Part shown: positions 46,501 through 55,626 of the stretch, one piece after another
How positions within the stretch are numbered: position 1 is the stretch's first letter
Layout of the letters: each line of letters begins with the position of its first letter
DNA from: Naegleria gruberi
Taxonomy: Eukaryota
Assembly: GCA_000004985.1 (NCBI GenBank)
Contig: GG738891.1
Strand: one strand, 5' to 3'
Length of the DNA: 64,000 bases
Translations under genes and position numbers: made by a program
Notes under the pieces: model-generated
The model's database searches: none
Seen by the model: the letters and a program-made list of their open reading frames with translations, nothing else
Told to the model about the DNA's origin: nothing

Positions 46501-47478
46501 GGTGGTGTTGATTTATCACTTGATTATCAAGATGATTCTCCAAATCCAGAAATTCATGTTAATACTCATAGACAAAATCCATCCAAGTCTTCAAAAATAA
46601 TTACAGAGTTCAGTATTTTACTCAATTCTACTATGGCTAAATATTTTTATGATAACAAAATATGTGGTCTCTACAAGGAGTTTTACCAAACCTACAATAG
46701 GCTTTTACCAGAGTCTATTAAAGATATGGATATTGAGGAATTTGTTGAAGTAGCTTCAATTCTTGACCCAGAAGGAAATGAAACAAATTACCTAGCTCAA
46801 GGTAAAACTCAACAAAATGAGAACTATACTGCTCTACAAAACTTTGAGAAAGAATTGAAAAATCAAGGAAGCAGAAAGACAACTAATATTGGTAAGATTA
46901 CAACAAAACCAACCAAATTCTACCAAAATATTATTGGCGTTGAATTATATATGCAACTTTCCTCTCCTCTTAGAAGATGGCTTGATTTAGTATTACAAGT
47001 ACAACTTGTTCATCATCTTAATACAATTGAAGCTGGCATTCCATGGAAAGGTCTTGAGAGTAGTTTATTCAGTGAAGAGATTTTGCATTATTGGAGTGAA
47101 AAGGTTTCAGACAAGATCGAAACAGTCAAAGATATGGAAAAACAAGTCATGTACCATTACTTTTTATTATATTTGAAAAAGAACATGGATGCATTGAAAG
47201 GTCCATATTTATTAGATTGTGTTTCAGAAATTAACTTTAGAAAGGGTAAAAGAACGAATCACCCAAAACACAAACATAATATTGATTATGACAATCTTGT
47301 AAACAAATCAAAACCAGTCATAACTCAGCTATTGAGATTAAGATTAGTCAATTATAATTACTTTGCAATTGAAGCTTATGTCACCAGTAACATGGTTGAC
47401 ATGGACGAAATTACCTTAGTCAAGGTTGTAGATATTGATTGTTACACTCACACAATTTCTGCTGAATTAGTGCAGTAA
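43516..47478 (+). CDS. RNB-domain 3'-5' exoribonuclease (RNase II/R-Dis3 superfamily) with long N/S/Q-rich N-terminal extension
   Basis: The first real ATG of the frame is at 43516; the track start at 43486 is GTG. RNB motif I FTIDKKGTKDCDDAFTILDHNTNSIKIAVHITDVAS (D-x5-D-x-DD then VHIxDV). Motif IV-like YMQLSSPLRRWLDLVLQVQLVHHL (FTSPIRRYxDxxxHR). About 330 aa of low complexity precede. Confidence 0.75.
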   Translation: MSGRMENNNQGGFNRRSVPDFFKNNSEPIKKNNQQGFTNNGSGSNRNNHRNTSDNVNPNNNMKPSSSNSNNTSTNNYQQKTHYKNNNYKGNVHQNSEQNDNYQRKQYKHYNKQQVNHQNQTENRHSSNIKQTLDTHSNEPFGGGSDQQLEPTYNRQNKYTRQPYKKQVYAKQPISTSESVSMVNSSTFGSQSSTSTITSNTSDLSHYSTHPELNKKIRSELSNKQQESKAKQSGVGGTLSYTSQLFYPSYMYTSNASNSNNNSYMPTVLEGCHYYVPPTFYQVPTSPVETQKKEVTKTLPSPSKRKKREIENDSSSEDEDDESISSVGSQIQLSFEDDDYIVGFASFNGSFFFCWQKATKESESQAKIRDILTLSSKYSGSKPETLFSKCIKNKSIYAALKKFIKKLIKQNQPFNPYLINSHSSLLMKLFLTSSNTWLEFASNLPAISNKFAKLKAREVKLLLSEYSTEWNYFSDIDLTKEENITSLITGDENELVKKFMKRVEREDFSKFKRRSHLLTCSWVCKCPNGNEDVFKELLKTIRTVQPTLSSSQEKLNQIFEREKNDTKPQKMTICELVAKVDDFDADLTNFKLKKPETSIFSERRVVDSDFSETFIKELSIIVSLNIFQELKYKYDFSHKKQKGAANDFKKLYSIVDVETQKKKTAFNAKIQSAYKDESSQISTLELEEHEKLIHQLIQFVTYDKEYRCFQRYYDLLKTEEDDINRMFGWFQFPYQLKAVQWLKRLNANINWVDIYLNRIHASPHFEEDILKMIDEECDRSCNWANESRYSFLDYSDKTFTIDKKGTKDCDDAFTILDHNTNSIKIAVHITDVASTILRNIDFSKNVPPVEEKKDANKRYTGNKSKFNDHPIFQSALFSEAARRIMSIYIPGVEETYAPCFPRHLSEELLSLIDKRPKEVISHIFIIYNNGKVECKGVVKGLIQVNHSYFFEEADEKIDSPYADPFWKHLYDCCCAIHEERLAHGAKKFTPGVVPLGGVDLSLDYQDDSPNPEIHVNTHRQNPSKSSKIITEFSILLNSTMAKYFYDNKICGLYKEFYQTYNRLLPESIKDMDIEEFVEVASILDPEGNETNYLAQGKTQQNENYTALQNFEKELKNQGSRKTTNIGKITTKPTKFYQNIIGVELYMQLSSPLRRWLDLVLQVQLVHHLNTIEAGIPWKGLESSLFSEEILHYWSEKVSDKIETVKDMEKQVMYHYFLLYLKKNMDALKGPYLLDCVSEINFRKGKRTNHPKHKHNIDYDNLVNKSKPVITQLLRLRLVNYNYFAIEAYVTSNMVDMDEITLVKVVDIDCYTHTISAELVQ

Positions 47479-47680
47479 AATGTGCTCCTTCGTGAGGCTG
47501 CTATGAATGGCACTGCCTGGTAAAAGGTAGTCAGCATTTCTCCATGAAATAAAGATTGCTTGTTCATTGTGAACAGGCTCGAATAATTAAAACTTAAATT
47601 GATAACTTGGCATTTGTTGTTAAAGAAATGAAGATTCTCCAAGATAAATTGTCTTGACTTGCTACCAAATTGGTTGCCAA

Positions 47681-49139
47681 TTATTTCTCCCAAAATTGTC
47701 TCAACATTTCTTCAACGTTTGAATAACCATTATTTCTTTCATACTTGGTGTTAAGTGATAGGATAAGTTCCAAAATTGCTTGACTAACTTCTTGCTTTTG
47801 ATGTGCTACCACGTGAACGAGTCTGGAGTATGTTAAAACAGCCAAATCAACAAAAGGAAGTGTCAACAAAGGAACAGTAGAAAAGTAGGGATTGGTTGCT
47901 GCCTGACTGGCAATATCCAAACTTAGAATCCAGGCTTCCTCAATATTATCTGGATCTGCCAAAAGGATCACAGCAAGCTTAAATCCTTTTTCTATAAAGA
48001 GATGAATCAAAAATGCTATGTTTCTATGTGATTCGGATTCTGCAGAGAAATCAAAATTGTTTTGAATTACTGTGTCGATATAGGATGAGCACAAGTCAAT
48101 TACCTTATAAGTTTGTGGAAGTTTTTCACGCTCAGTTGGAAGTTCGAATGTTGATTTCACATCCAAAAACTGTTTGGTTAATAAGGGGAAAAAATCTACA
48201 AGTCCTTGTGGGCCATTGTTTTCATAGCAAAGTGTGAAGTGCATTCCTAATTTGAGTAGTTCTAGCCATTTTTGTGTATTTTTCACAGCAATGCTTGAAT
48301 TTTCAGTGCAATCACTAACGAAGTATTTAACTAAATCCAAATACATACTTGCTTCCTTGTACCTCTTTCTAGCAAGATTATGTGATGCAAAATTAAGCAT
48401 GGACATACCAGCATAAATGTTTGTGTGATTATCGAAATGAGAAGCTACCAACAGCCTTGCATGCTGAAAACATAAATCAGAATATTGTTTTGAGCCTATT
48501 CTTTGCTCAGCCCACGCGACAATAGAAAATAAAAATGCAGAAACAGAATCGTCTAGTTCATCCAATGCATCAATCAAATTTTGCAATTCGTTTTTTGGCA
48601 CACTCTCAAAAATACTGAATGTTGTAAACACAAAAGTTCAGTAAAACAACTTACGTTGAATTATAAAACTTTAACGTATTTCTAACATCCAGATTTAACC
48701 CTTTCTTGGTTGAATTAACTGAATGATTAATTATAAAACATTGTTCATAGCATGGAGTTTTCTTTTTTTGCTTCTTTTGTACAGCTAGCGGTTTGAGATT
48801 TTTATATTCACATTGTTTCCCACTCTTTAAACAAGATGAACACGATGGAAGCAATTTATCGCATCGTTTGTGATGAAATCTACACAATGTGCAGGCATAC
48901 TCGCTCTTACTCTCCATGTTGTATGGATGATAGGGAACAACTTTTGTGGTACTATCTTGTGATGATTGTGGAGAAGAACTCTTCAGTTCTTTTGAAATAA
49001 TATCGACACTTATTTTCCTAGTTGGTAGTGGTCTACCTGAAGCTGATGATGACCCACCCGAGGCTTCCTTCAAACTTGAGCCATTACTACTCGAAGAAGA
49101 TTGTGATGGTGGGCTCCTATTGGCGGGTGAATTTGTCAT
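47681..49139 (-). CDS. Zn(II)2Cys6 binuclear-cluster (GAL4-type) transcription factor (2 exons)
   Basis: Exon1 from ATG 49139 has the Ser-rich N-terminus then CTLCRFHHKRCDKLLPSCSSCLKSGKQC (C-x2-C-x6-C-x6-C-x2-C-x6-C). Donor GTAAGT at 48652, acceptor CATTCAG at about 48618. Exon2 47681-about 48617 is a helical regulatory domain. Confidence 0.75.
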
Positions 49140-49387
49140 TTTTTTAATCTAATTTTTGTGCTGACTACGGCGACTCACTTTACAAGAGTCGTGAACAACA
49201 CGTTTAATTAAGGAAAATTAATGACAATCTAAGATTGAATAGCCATAAAATTTAAAGTCATCTTCTTGTTTATAATAATTATTTTCTCTCAATATTTGTT
49301 GCCTTAATGAAAAGAGATTGACTAGACCCACATCAAGGATGGTCAACAAACAATATAGGCGGAGATATTAATTACATTAAAAAAAAT

Positions 49388-50821
49388 ATGCCATCATCAA
49401 AGCAAGATTTTCAATTCCTGGAAAAGATTGGAAGTGGAAGTTATGGAGAAGTATTCAAAGTGAGAAGGATCAATGATGGAAAATATTATGTGATTAAACA
49501 AATTTCTATTGAGGATTTATCTCCAAAGGAACAAATGGATGCACTGAATGAAATTGCAATATTAAGTAGGGCGGAACATAATTATGTAATTTCTTATTAT
49601 GATTCGTTTCTTTGCCCTGAAAGTCACAAGTTAAATATAGTGATGGAGTATGCTTCGAATGGATCTTTATTTGAGTTTTTAAAAAAGCAACACGGAAAAT
49701 TACTGCAAGAGAATATGATTTGGAAATTGTTTATTCAAATTACTTCAGCCTTAAATTATTTACATAATCTGAAAATTCTTCACAGAGATATTAAGAGTCT
49801 GAACATTTTTATTGATGGAAATGGAAATGCAAAGATTGGAGATTTTGGCGTCTCAAGATTGTTAACCAATTCTAAAGAATTTGCAAGTACAATTCTTGGA
49901 AGTTTTTATTATTTAAGTCCAGAAATTTGTGAAGGTCTACCGTATGATGAAAGATCTGATATTTGGTCTTTAGGTTGTGTTCTATATGAGATGTGTTGTT
50001 TGAAACATCCATTTGATTCATCCAATCAAGGAGCATTAGTTTTAAAGATTTTGACAGGAAAATATGCGCCAATTAGCTCCATATATTCTGCTGAACTGGC
50101 ACAAATGGTGAAAAATTGCTTGAATACTAAGGTTAAATCAAGACCAACTACCATGCAAATTTTAAACAACAGTCTTGTTGTAAAAAAAGCAAAAGAGTTA
50201 GACATTCAAATAGATGCTCTCAGAACACCATCCTCTCCACTCACTCCTACCACAGTCAACATTGAGCTTGGTTCTCCTCAACAAAAAAACAAGAATAGAG
50301 CACCACAAGCTATTAGACCAAGCTCAAAGTACAGTAACCGTAATGTAGTCAGAACAAACACGCCTTCTTCTATACCTGTCAAAAAGGTAGTTGTTTCAAA
50401 CGAATTGAAGTTTGAAATTGTAAATAGAGAGCTTAACAATTCAATTCAAGAGGTCAGACAACTACCAAAAATACCAATGGAATCAAAAGCACCTACAAAT
50501 AAGAAAGATCCAAACTTGACTGTTTATAGTAAGAAGAAGTCTCAACCTCTAATTGAACCGCCACCTTCTAGGGTTGTAGAAAATAATTTAGAAAGTCCAA
50601 AAAGAGCTCAACCTGCTGAAATTGAAATGCTTAAGGCCAAGTGTTTAGGAAAAATATCTGATTCCACTCTCACTGAGCTTATCACGTTCTTTAAAGATGC
50701 CATTGAAAAGGACACTCCTCAAGAAGATTATCAGGATTTCGTTTCTAAGCGTATTGGAAACAATGCTGACATTATCCAAAATATTTATAAGATTATTTAC
50801 CTAGAAAGTCTTGCTGATTAA
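49388..50821 (+). CDS. NEK-family (NIMA-related) Ser/Thr protein kinase
   Basis: Real ATG. IGSGSYGEVFKV, VIKQI, HRDIKSLNIF, DFGVSRL, SPE, SDIWSLGCVLYEM. Overall NEK-like kinase domain followed by a basic and S/T-rich tail. Confidence 0.85.
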   Translation: MPSSKQDFQFLEKIGSGSYGEVFKVRRINDGKYYVIKQISIEDLSPKEQMDALNEIAILSRAEHNYVISYYDSFLCPESHKLNIVMEYASNGSLFEFLKKQHGKLLQENMIWKLFIQITSALNYLHNLKILHRDIKSLNIFIDGNGNAKIGDFGVSRLLTNSKEFASTILGSFYYLSPEICEGLPYDERSDIWSLGCVLYEMCCLKHPFDSSNQGALVLKILTGKYAPISSIYSAELAQMVKNCLNTKVKSRPTTMQILNNSLVVKKAKELDIQIDALRTPSSPLTPTTVNIELGSPQQKNKNRAPQAIRPSSKYSNRNVVRTNTPSSIPVKKVVVSNELKFEIVNRELNNSIQEVRQLPKIPMESKAPTNKKDPNLTVYSKKKSQPLIEPPPSRVVENNLESPKRAQPAEIEMLKAKCLGKISDSTLTELITFFKDAIEKDTPQEDYQDFVSKRIGNNADIIQNIYKIIYLESLAD

Positions 50822-50846
50822 TAAATATTTTGGCTACTGTTGTAAT

Positions 50847-53243
50847 TTATCGAAGCCAACCCTTGCAGTTCTTACTACCACAAAGACATTTAACTCTTTT
50901 CTCTACAATATACTCATAATCAAATGTAAGTTCCTCTCCTTCTTTGATGTCTCGTTTGCAAAAGAATGCAATGTCACCATATCTTGGATCTCTGATCTCA
51001 TTGCACACTAATAATTGCTTTAAATTACCATCACAAGAATGGTTTAAAAATCTAGTGACGTTACCTATGAAGGTTGAATCAATTGTGTATTCACATTGAA
51101 CACCTCCATGAGCAAGATCAAATAAATAACTTAGGCCTTTTCTATCATATCTTTCACCTCTCTTCTCAGCAATAGCATCTGTAATAAGCTCTCCAAAGTA
51201 GACCTCTACGAATTGTCCTTTTGAGAGCTTTTGATTAGCTCTTAAACCCCAACCTCTATTCTTAGTTTTAAAAACACATAATTTAACATTACTTCCTTTT
51301 TGCACAACCCTGTTGGGACAAGTTTCAGAGCACCCACAATCTCTATTGCACTCTAAAATTACATATTTTGTATCAATATCTCTTAACTTTCCACTGTTGT
51401 CGTAGTAAACTTCATCACCTCTTCTAACAGGATTGAATTGACTTGGATCAAATATGTCTGTTCTGAATTCTTGTTGAAGTCTGAGACATTTACAACCCTT
51501 TCCACACTTATTTTTACAATCACATGCTTCAGAGTTTTTAAGAGCTGCCATTACTTCTCTTTGGTCTTCTGTGATTCCTTCACCGTACGTGTTACTTGTT
51601 GCATAAGCAAATGGCTCAAATTCAGAAAAATCAACTGCATTTACAACAGGTACGGCTGTCCTAGATTTACCAAGAGAAATATCATCAAAGTAGTAGAAAT
51701 GAGGAGATCCTTTCTTTTTTCCTAACAGCTCTGGTAAGGTTTCACCATTAATAGTCTTACTAACCATAGATCTTATATAATTAAAGTGCCTACGAATAAA
51801 TCTCTTCTTATGGTTGATCAAGTCATCAATTTTGTTGCAGGGATCACTAGGGTCCCTGTTTAAATCATCGTCGTCGTCTTCGCCCTCACTGTCACTTACA
51901 GTTATTTTACCCTTATTTGAAAGGAATGACTTGGAGTAAGGATATGCTGATACAGTCTTAGAAATGGCCTTGTCAATCAGCTTGTCAACGTTTTCTAGTG
52001 CTTGGTTCAAAATATTTAAATCCATGGTTTCTTCAACATGGAAATTGTTGAACTCTTTCCAATTTAAAGACTTTTCCAAATCACATGCATGTCTCTTTTT
52101 TGACTTGATATACTTTTTAATAACCTCTGGATCTCTTCCAAATGAAAGACACACAACGGTCAACCAGTGGACAGGCAGTCTGTCAAATACTTCATTTTTG
52201 GACAGCTCATCCAAAACATCCTTTTCTCGTTGAATGAGGTGTGTAGACTTTACAAGGGAACTAAATATTATCCATCTAGTATCCGTTATCACACCGATCA
52301 TTTGCGATTTAAAATTATCATAAACAATTTGAGAAACATTTTCAACTTCAATTATGCCTTGTAAAAATGAATTCAGATAAGACATGATTTGGTCGTGAAG
52401 GGCATGCTTTTGATAGTCGTCCACAACCTCCAAAGCAATTTCACAAGGAGAAGTCATAGAGTCAACTTGAATTGTTCTTTCATCATTTTCCCAATGTGTA
52501 ATTGACATGTTTTTCTCTGTAGGTATTCTATACTTCATTCTGAAACCAAAATCACACCTGCTCTCTGTTATAAGAACAGGATTATTTGTGAAATACCCAA
52601 TGACTGCAAAGTATTTTTGACCATCATTTCTAGGAGTACAACTTCCAAGATAGATTCCTTTAAATTCCTCAATGTAAACCTCACACAAATATTCAGTAGG
52701 ATTAAATTTGTGAATTTGTTCCTTTAGTTGAAGTTTAAATCCAGAGTCACCTTCCCACTCAAACATTTCATGAATCATTTCTTTTTTAATTTCAAAGACC
52801 TCTGAGCTTGCATCTGCACAAATGTCATAAACAGATGGAGGAATACTATTGTCCACTATAATAATATTCATAAAACTAATCATTTCCAAATACTTTTCCT
52901 TGATTTTCATTTGTAAAGGAGGAGAAATCTTGTTGTTATTACATCGGAACCCATGTCTTGTTAGCCACTCAATCGCACCAGACTTGGTAGAAAAGTTTCT
53001 ACCGCTCATGTGTTCGATCTGACTCCACAGTACGTCAATAGAAATAGCATCACCCTCCAACACTTGTAGAATAAATTTTAAAAAAGATAAAAAGTCTGGG
53101 GAATATTGAATTTTCTGTAATGCTCCACAAACATTTATATCAAATGTTGTTCGGATTGTTTTTTGCTTTTTTGTTTTAGAACCTGTTACCACAACATCAG
53201 AATCATCATCCGAACCTGATGATTGTTTGTTCCGTTTAGACAT
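50847..53243 (-). CDS. SET-domain histone-lysine N-methyltransferase, SUV39/G9a/Clr4-like (pre-SET, SET, post-SET)
   Basis: Real ATG at 53243. Pre-SET Cys cluster (CDCKNKCGKGCKCL..CNRDCGCSETCPNRVVQKG). SET (RGWGLRANQKLSKGQFVEVYFGELI..NVTRFLNHSCDGNL..GEELTFDY). Post-SET CLCGSKNCKGWLR. About 500-aa N-terminal region of unknown function. Confidence 0.85.
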   Translation of the reverse strand: MSKRNKQSSGSDDDSDVVVTGSKTKKQKTIRTTFDINVCGALQKIQYSPDFLSFLKFILQVLEGDAISIDVLWSQIEHMSGRNFSTKSGAIEWLTRHGFRCNNNKISPPLQMKIKEKYLEMISFMNIIIVDNSIPPSVYDICADASSEVFEIKKEMIHEMFEWEGDSGFKLQLKEQIHKFNPTEYLCEVYIEEFKGIYLGSCTPRNDGQKYFAVIGYFTNNPVLITESRCDFGFRMKYRIPTEKNMSITHWENDERTIQVDSMTSPCEIALEVVDDYQKHALHDQIMSYLNSFLQGIIEVENVSQIVYDNFKSQMIGVITDTRWIIFSSLVKSTHLIQREKDVLDELSKNEVFDRLPVHWLTVVCLSFGRDPEVIKKYIKSKKRHACDLEKSLNWKEFNNFHVEETMDLNILNQALENVDKLIDKAISKTVSAYPYSKSFLSNKGKITVSDSEGEDDDDDLNRDPSDPCNKIDDLINHKKRFIRRHFNYIRSMVSKTINGETLPELLGKKKGSPHFYYFDDISLGKSRTAVPVVNAVDFSEFEPFAYATSNTYGEGITEDQREVMAALKNSEACDCKNKCGKGCKCLRLQQEFRTDIFDPSQFNPVRRGDEVYYDNSGKLRDIDTKYVILECNRDCGCSETCPNRVVQKGSNVKLCVFKTKNRGWGLRANQKLSKGQFVEVYFGELITDAIAEKRGERYDRKGLSYLFDLAHGGVQCEYTIDSTFIGNVTRFLNHSCDGNLKQLLVCNEIRDPRYGDIAFFCKRDIKEGEELTFDYEYIVEKRVKCLCGSKNCKGWLR

Positions 53244-53277
53244 TTTTTTATCGTTAAAAATTTTAAAATTAAAAAAT

Positions 53278-53288
53278 TTGGCGGGAAT
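53278..53288. promoter_or_regulatory. Candidate E2F-type site TTTGGCGGGAA (minus strand TTCCCGCCAAA) upstream of the SET methyltransferase gene
   Basis: It matches the E2F core GGCGGGAA/TTCCCGCC and lies 35-45 nt upstream of the SET gene ATG (53243) in a very AT-rich spacer. Confidence 0.3.
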
Positions 53289-53589
53289 ATCATGATCCTT
53301 AACAGTGAAACCATAAAAGAATTGTCGTATGCTGAATATTGAGAAATTGAAAAAATCACCATCATGTTGAAAAAATAAACTCCTCCAGTATCTTCATGAG
53401 AATACATTTCAACTTATTGAAGATCGTTGAGTGGAGATTCTGAACTGTATCTTGTTGGAAATGTATTTTGTTTTAAACTATTTCTCCAAATAAAATTTTC
53501 ACACCAATTAAGGATTGAAAAACACTTACCATTACAGTTTCCATATTAAACTCTATAAAGGGCGAGCTTTTCGACTCTACCTTAAAAAA

Positions 53590-55127
53590 ATGTCTAGAGT
53601 TTTCTCTTGCTACTCGTTACTGTTGTTTCTAGTGATTTGTACCTTGTGGATGGCTCAGATGAGTACTTCCCTTGTTCCTGTTAAGCAACCGTATATTATA
53701 TGGCCAGATTCCAAGACAGGAAATGGTAAGTGTTGTGATTTGATGAATGGAAAATCCTAAGATCCAATGTGCAGCTGTTGTTTACTTTAAGAATTCAGGA
53801 CCTTTCCAAACTGAAGTTTTGTGGGTTGGTGCTGCAGCATGGAATGATCAATATCAAGTAAGAAATAAGGTTGCTCAATTGGTAAGAGCTGGAATTGTGC
53901 CATTCATGTATGTTATTTAACAAATTGCATCATTAATGATATGATTTTTAAAGTAATTCTTATCAATTCGGAGACAATGGACTTAGAGGAAATTATGATT
54001 ATGCTGTAAAGTTTGATACAGAAGTTGCCAAAGTAAGTTTATAACAGAGTCAATTGTTTTTAAAGTGAGGAAAGGCGATTGGAAATTCATTTGCTATTAT
54101 TAATTTGGAAACTGAATGGGATGTTGATGAAGTTTTAGGAATTTTCCAATCAAATGCTGGTAAACAATGCTTGTTGGACAGAATTCAAGCTTTCAGAACC
54201 TATGCTCCAAATGCTGTTATTGTGAGCTCACCTGGTCTTTGGAAGCCAGCTTCATCTTATTCATTCTTTGCACCAATTGATAAGAAACTGAATCAAAGAG
54301 CAATGTTGAATCATATTGTCAACTCTTATGATAGTAATTGTGCAAGAACTCCATATGGTGGATTCTGGCAATATGGAGCCAAGTCAGCTAGCTCTGCTAT
54401 TGAGTTAATGCTTTCCAATGTAAACTCTAATTTTCAAAAAATTCAAGATGCTTGGGGTGATGAAGATTATGAATGGATTATGAGTGATGTAGCAGTTACT
54501 TCTTGTGGATGGGGAGATCAAAACCAAGCCCAAATTCTTCATGAAATTACCAATGTAAGTATTAAGAAAATGCCATACTTGTTATTTAATATCCATTCAA
54601 TAATTAAGAACATTGATTGTTTGTATGCTTCAGGCTTCCGTGGATACGTTTTGAGAAATTCTGGTCCAGATGTTAACGAAAGAGCTATGGGTATTCAAAA
54701 TGAAGGAATGTTCAAATTCACCAGTAATCAATACTCACCAGTTGTTCTTGGAAATGGTTTGAATAAGATGGTTTCATTCTTGAGAGGATCAAGTAAACCA
54801 GTTTGTTCTGGTGCTTCTAGCCCATCAAGTGGTGGAGGTAGTTCTGGAGGTTCTTCACCATCATCTTCCGATTTCACTATTAGAGGAGATCCAGGTATTA
54901 ATGAATGGTGGGTTGAATTATATGTTAATCCAGCTTCAAGTGTTAGATCCATAACTTTCAAATGCAATGGTCTAACAACCACATTGGACAAATCATCTTG
55001 GTCAGCAACTCAATTCTCTAAAGGACTTTCTTCAAGATGTCCAATTGGAACAAAAGCTGAAGTCACAGTTAATGGTCAAAAATACTCTATGGTTTATGGA
55101 ATTGCTCAACCTGCAAAGAAAATGTAA
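53590..55127 (+). CDS. Secreted protein with signal peptide, several short 5' introns, a Gly/Ser linker and a C-terminal beta-rich (carbohydrate-binding-like) domain; function unknown
   Basis: ATG at 53590 gives MSRVFSCYSLLLFLVICTLWMAQMS with a GTAAGT donor at 53733. Several GTAAG..AG micro-introns lie between 53733 and 54060; exact junctions are unresolved. Large 3' exon 54105-55127 (SGASSPSSGGGSSGGSSPSSS linker, ..WWVELYVNPASSVRSITFKCNG..). Confidence 0.4.
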
Positions 55128-55199
55128 TTTCTCGAACGAAACCTTATTAAACTTGTATGTTTAAAATTATTATTATCGTAATTTTCTTACTTTAAAAAA

Positions 55200-55622
55200 A
55201 TGTCATCAAGAAAGCAAAGTGCCAAACCAAAAGCCAAATTCAACAAGCCAGAATATTGTTTGAATTTTAGTGCATCGGAAATGATAACAATAACATCAGA
55301 AGATGGTTTTCAATTTTATATCGATAAGAGATGTGCTTCCTTTTGCAAAAGATTTAGAGAAGGTAAATAATCGTTATAATTTAATGGAGATAGGAAATAC
55401 AAAAATATTATTACTAATACAATAACAATAATCAAAACAGAAATTGATGAAGGAAAAACTGTAATTTGTGTAGACTATCCATCAAATATTGTTGAACAGG
55501 TTATTGAATACTTGTACTATAAACAAAGATATGATAATGAAGCTGAGAATAGACCTGAATTTCCAATTGATTTATACAACGCTCTCGATTTGATGACTGC
55601 AAGTTATGCTTTGGGGTGTTAA
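55200..55622 (+). CDS. ELOC: Elongin C (SKP1-like BTB-fold adaptor), 2 exons; absent from the ORF track
   Basis: Exon1 55200-55362 MSSRKQSAKPKAKFNKPEYCLNFSASEMITITSEDGFQFYIDKRCASFCKRFRE with donor G|GTAAAT. Intron 55363-55440 (..AAAACAG). Exon2 55441-55622 EIDEGKTVICVDYPSNIVEQVIEYLYYKQRYDNEAENRPEFPIDLYNALDLMTASYALGC*. Matches the human Elongin C C-terminus [23 protein letters not shown]. Confidence 0.85.
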
Positions 55623-55626
55623 TTTC

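Noticed and set aside
54555-54633. GTAAGT..TTCAG intron-like segment inside the large 3' exon of the secreted-protein gene
   Set aside because: Its length (79 nt) is not a multiple of three, and splicing it runs into a stop within 7 codons. The open frame reads through it, so it is treated as coding.
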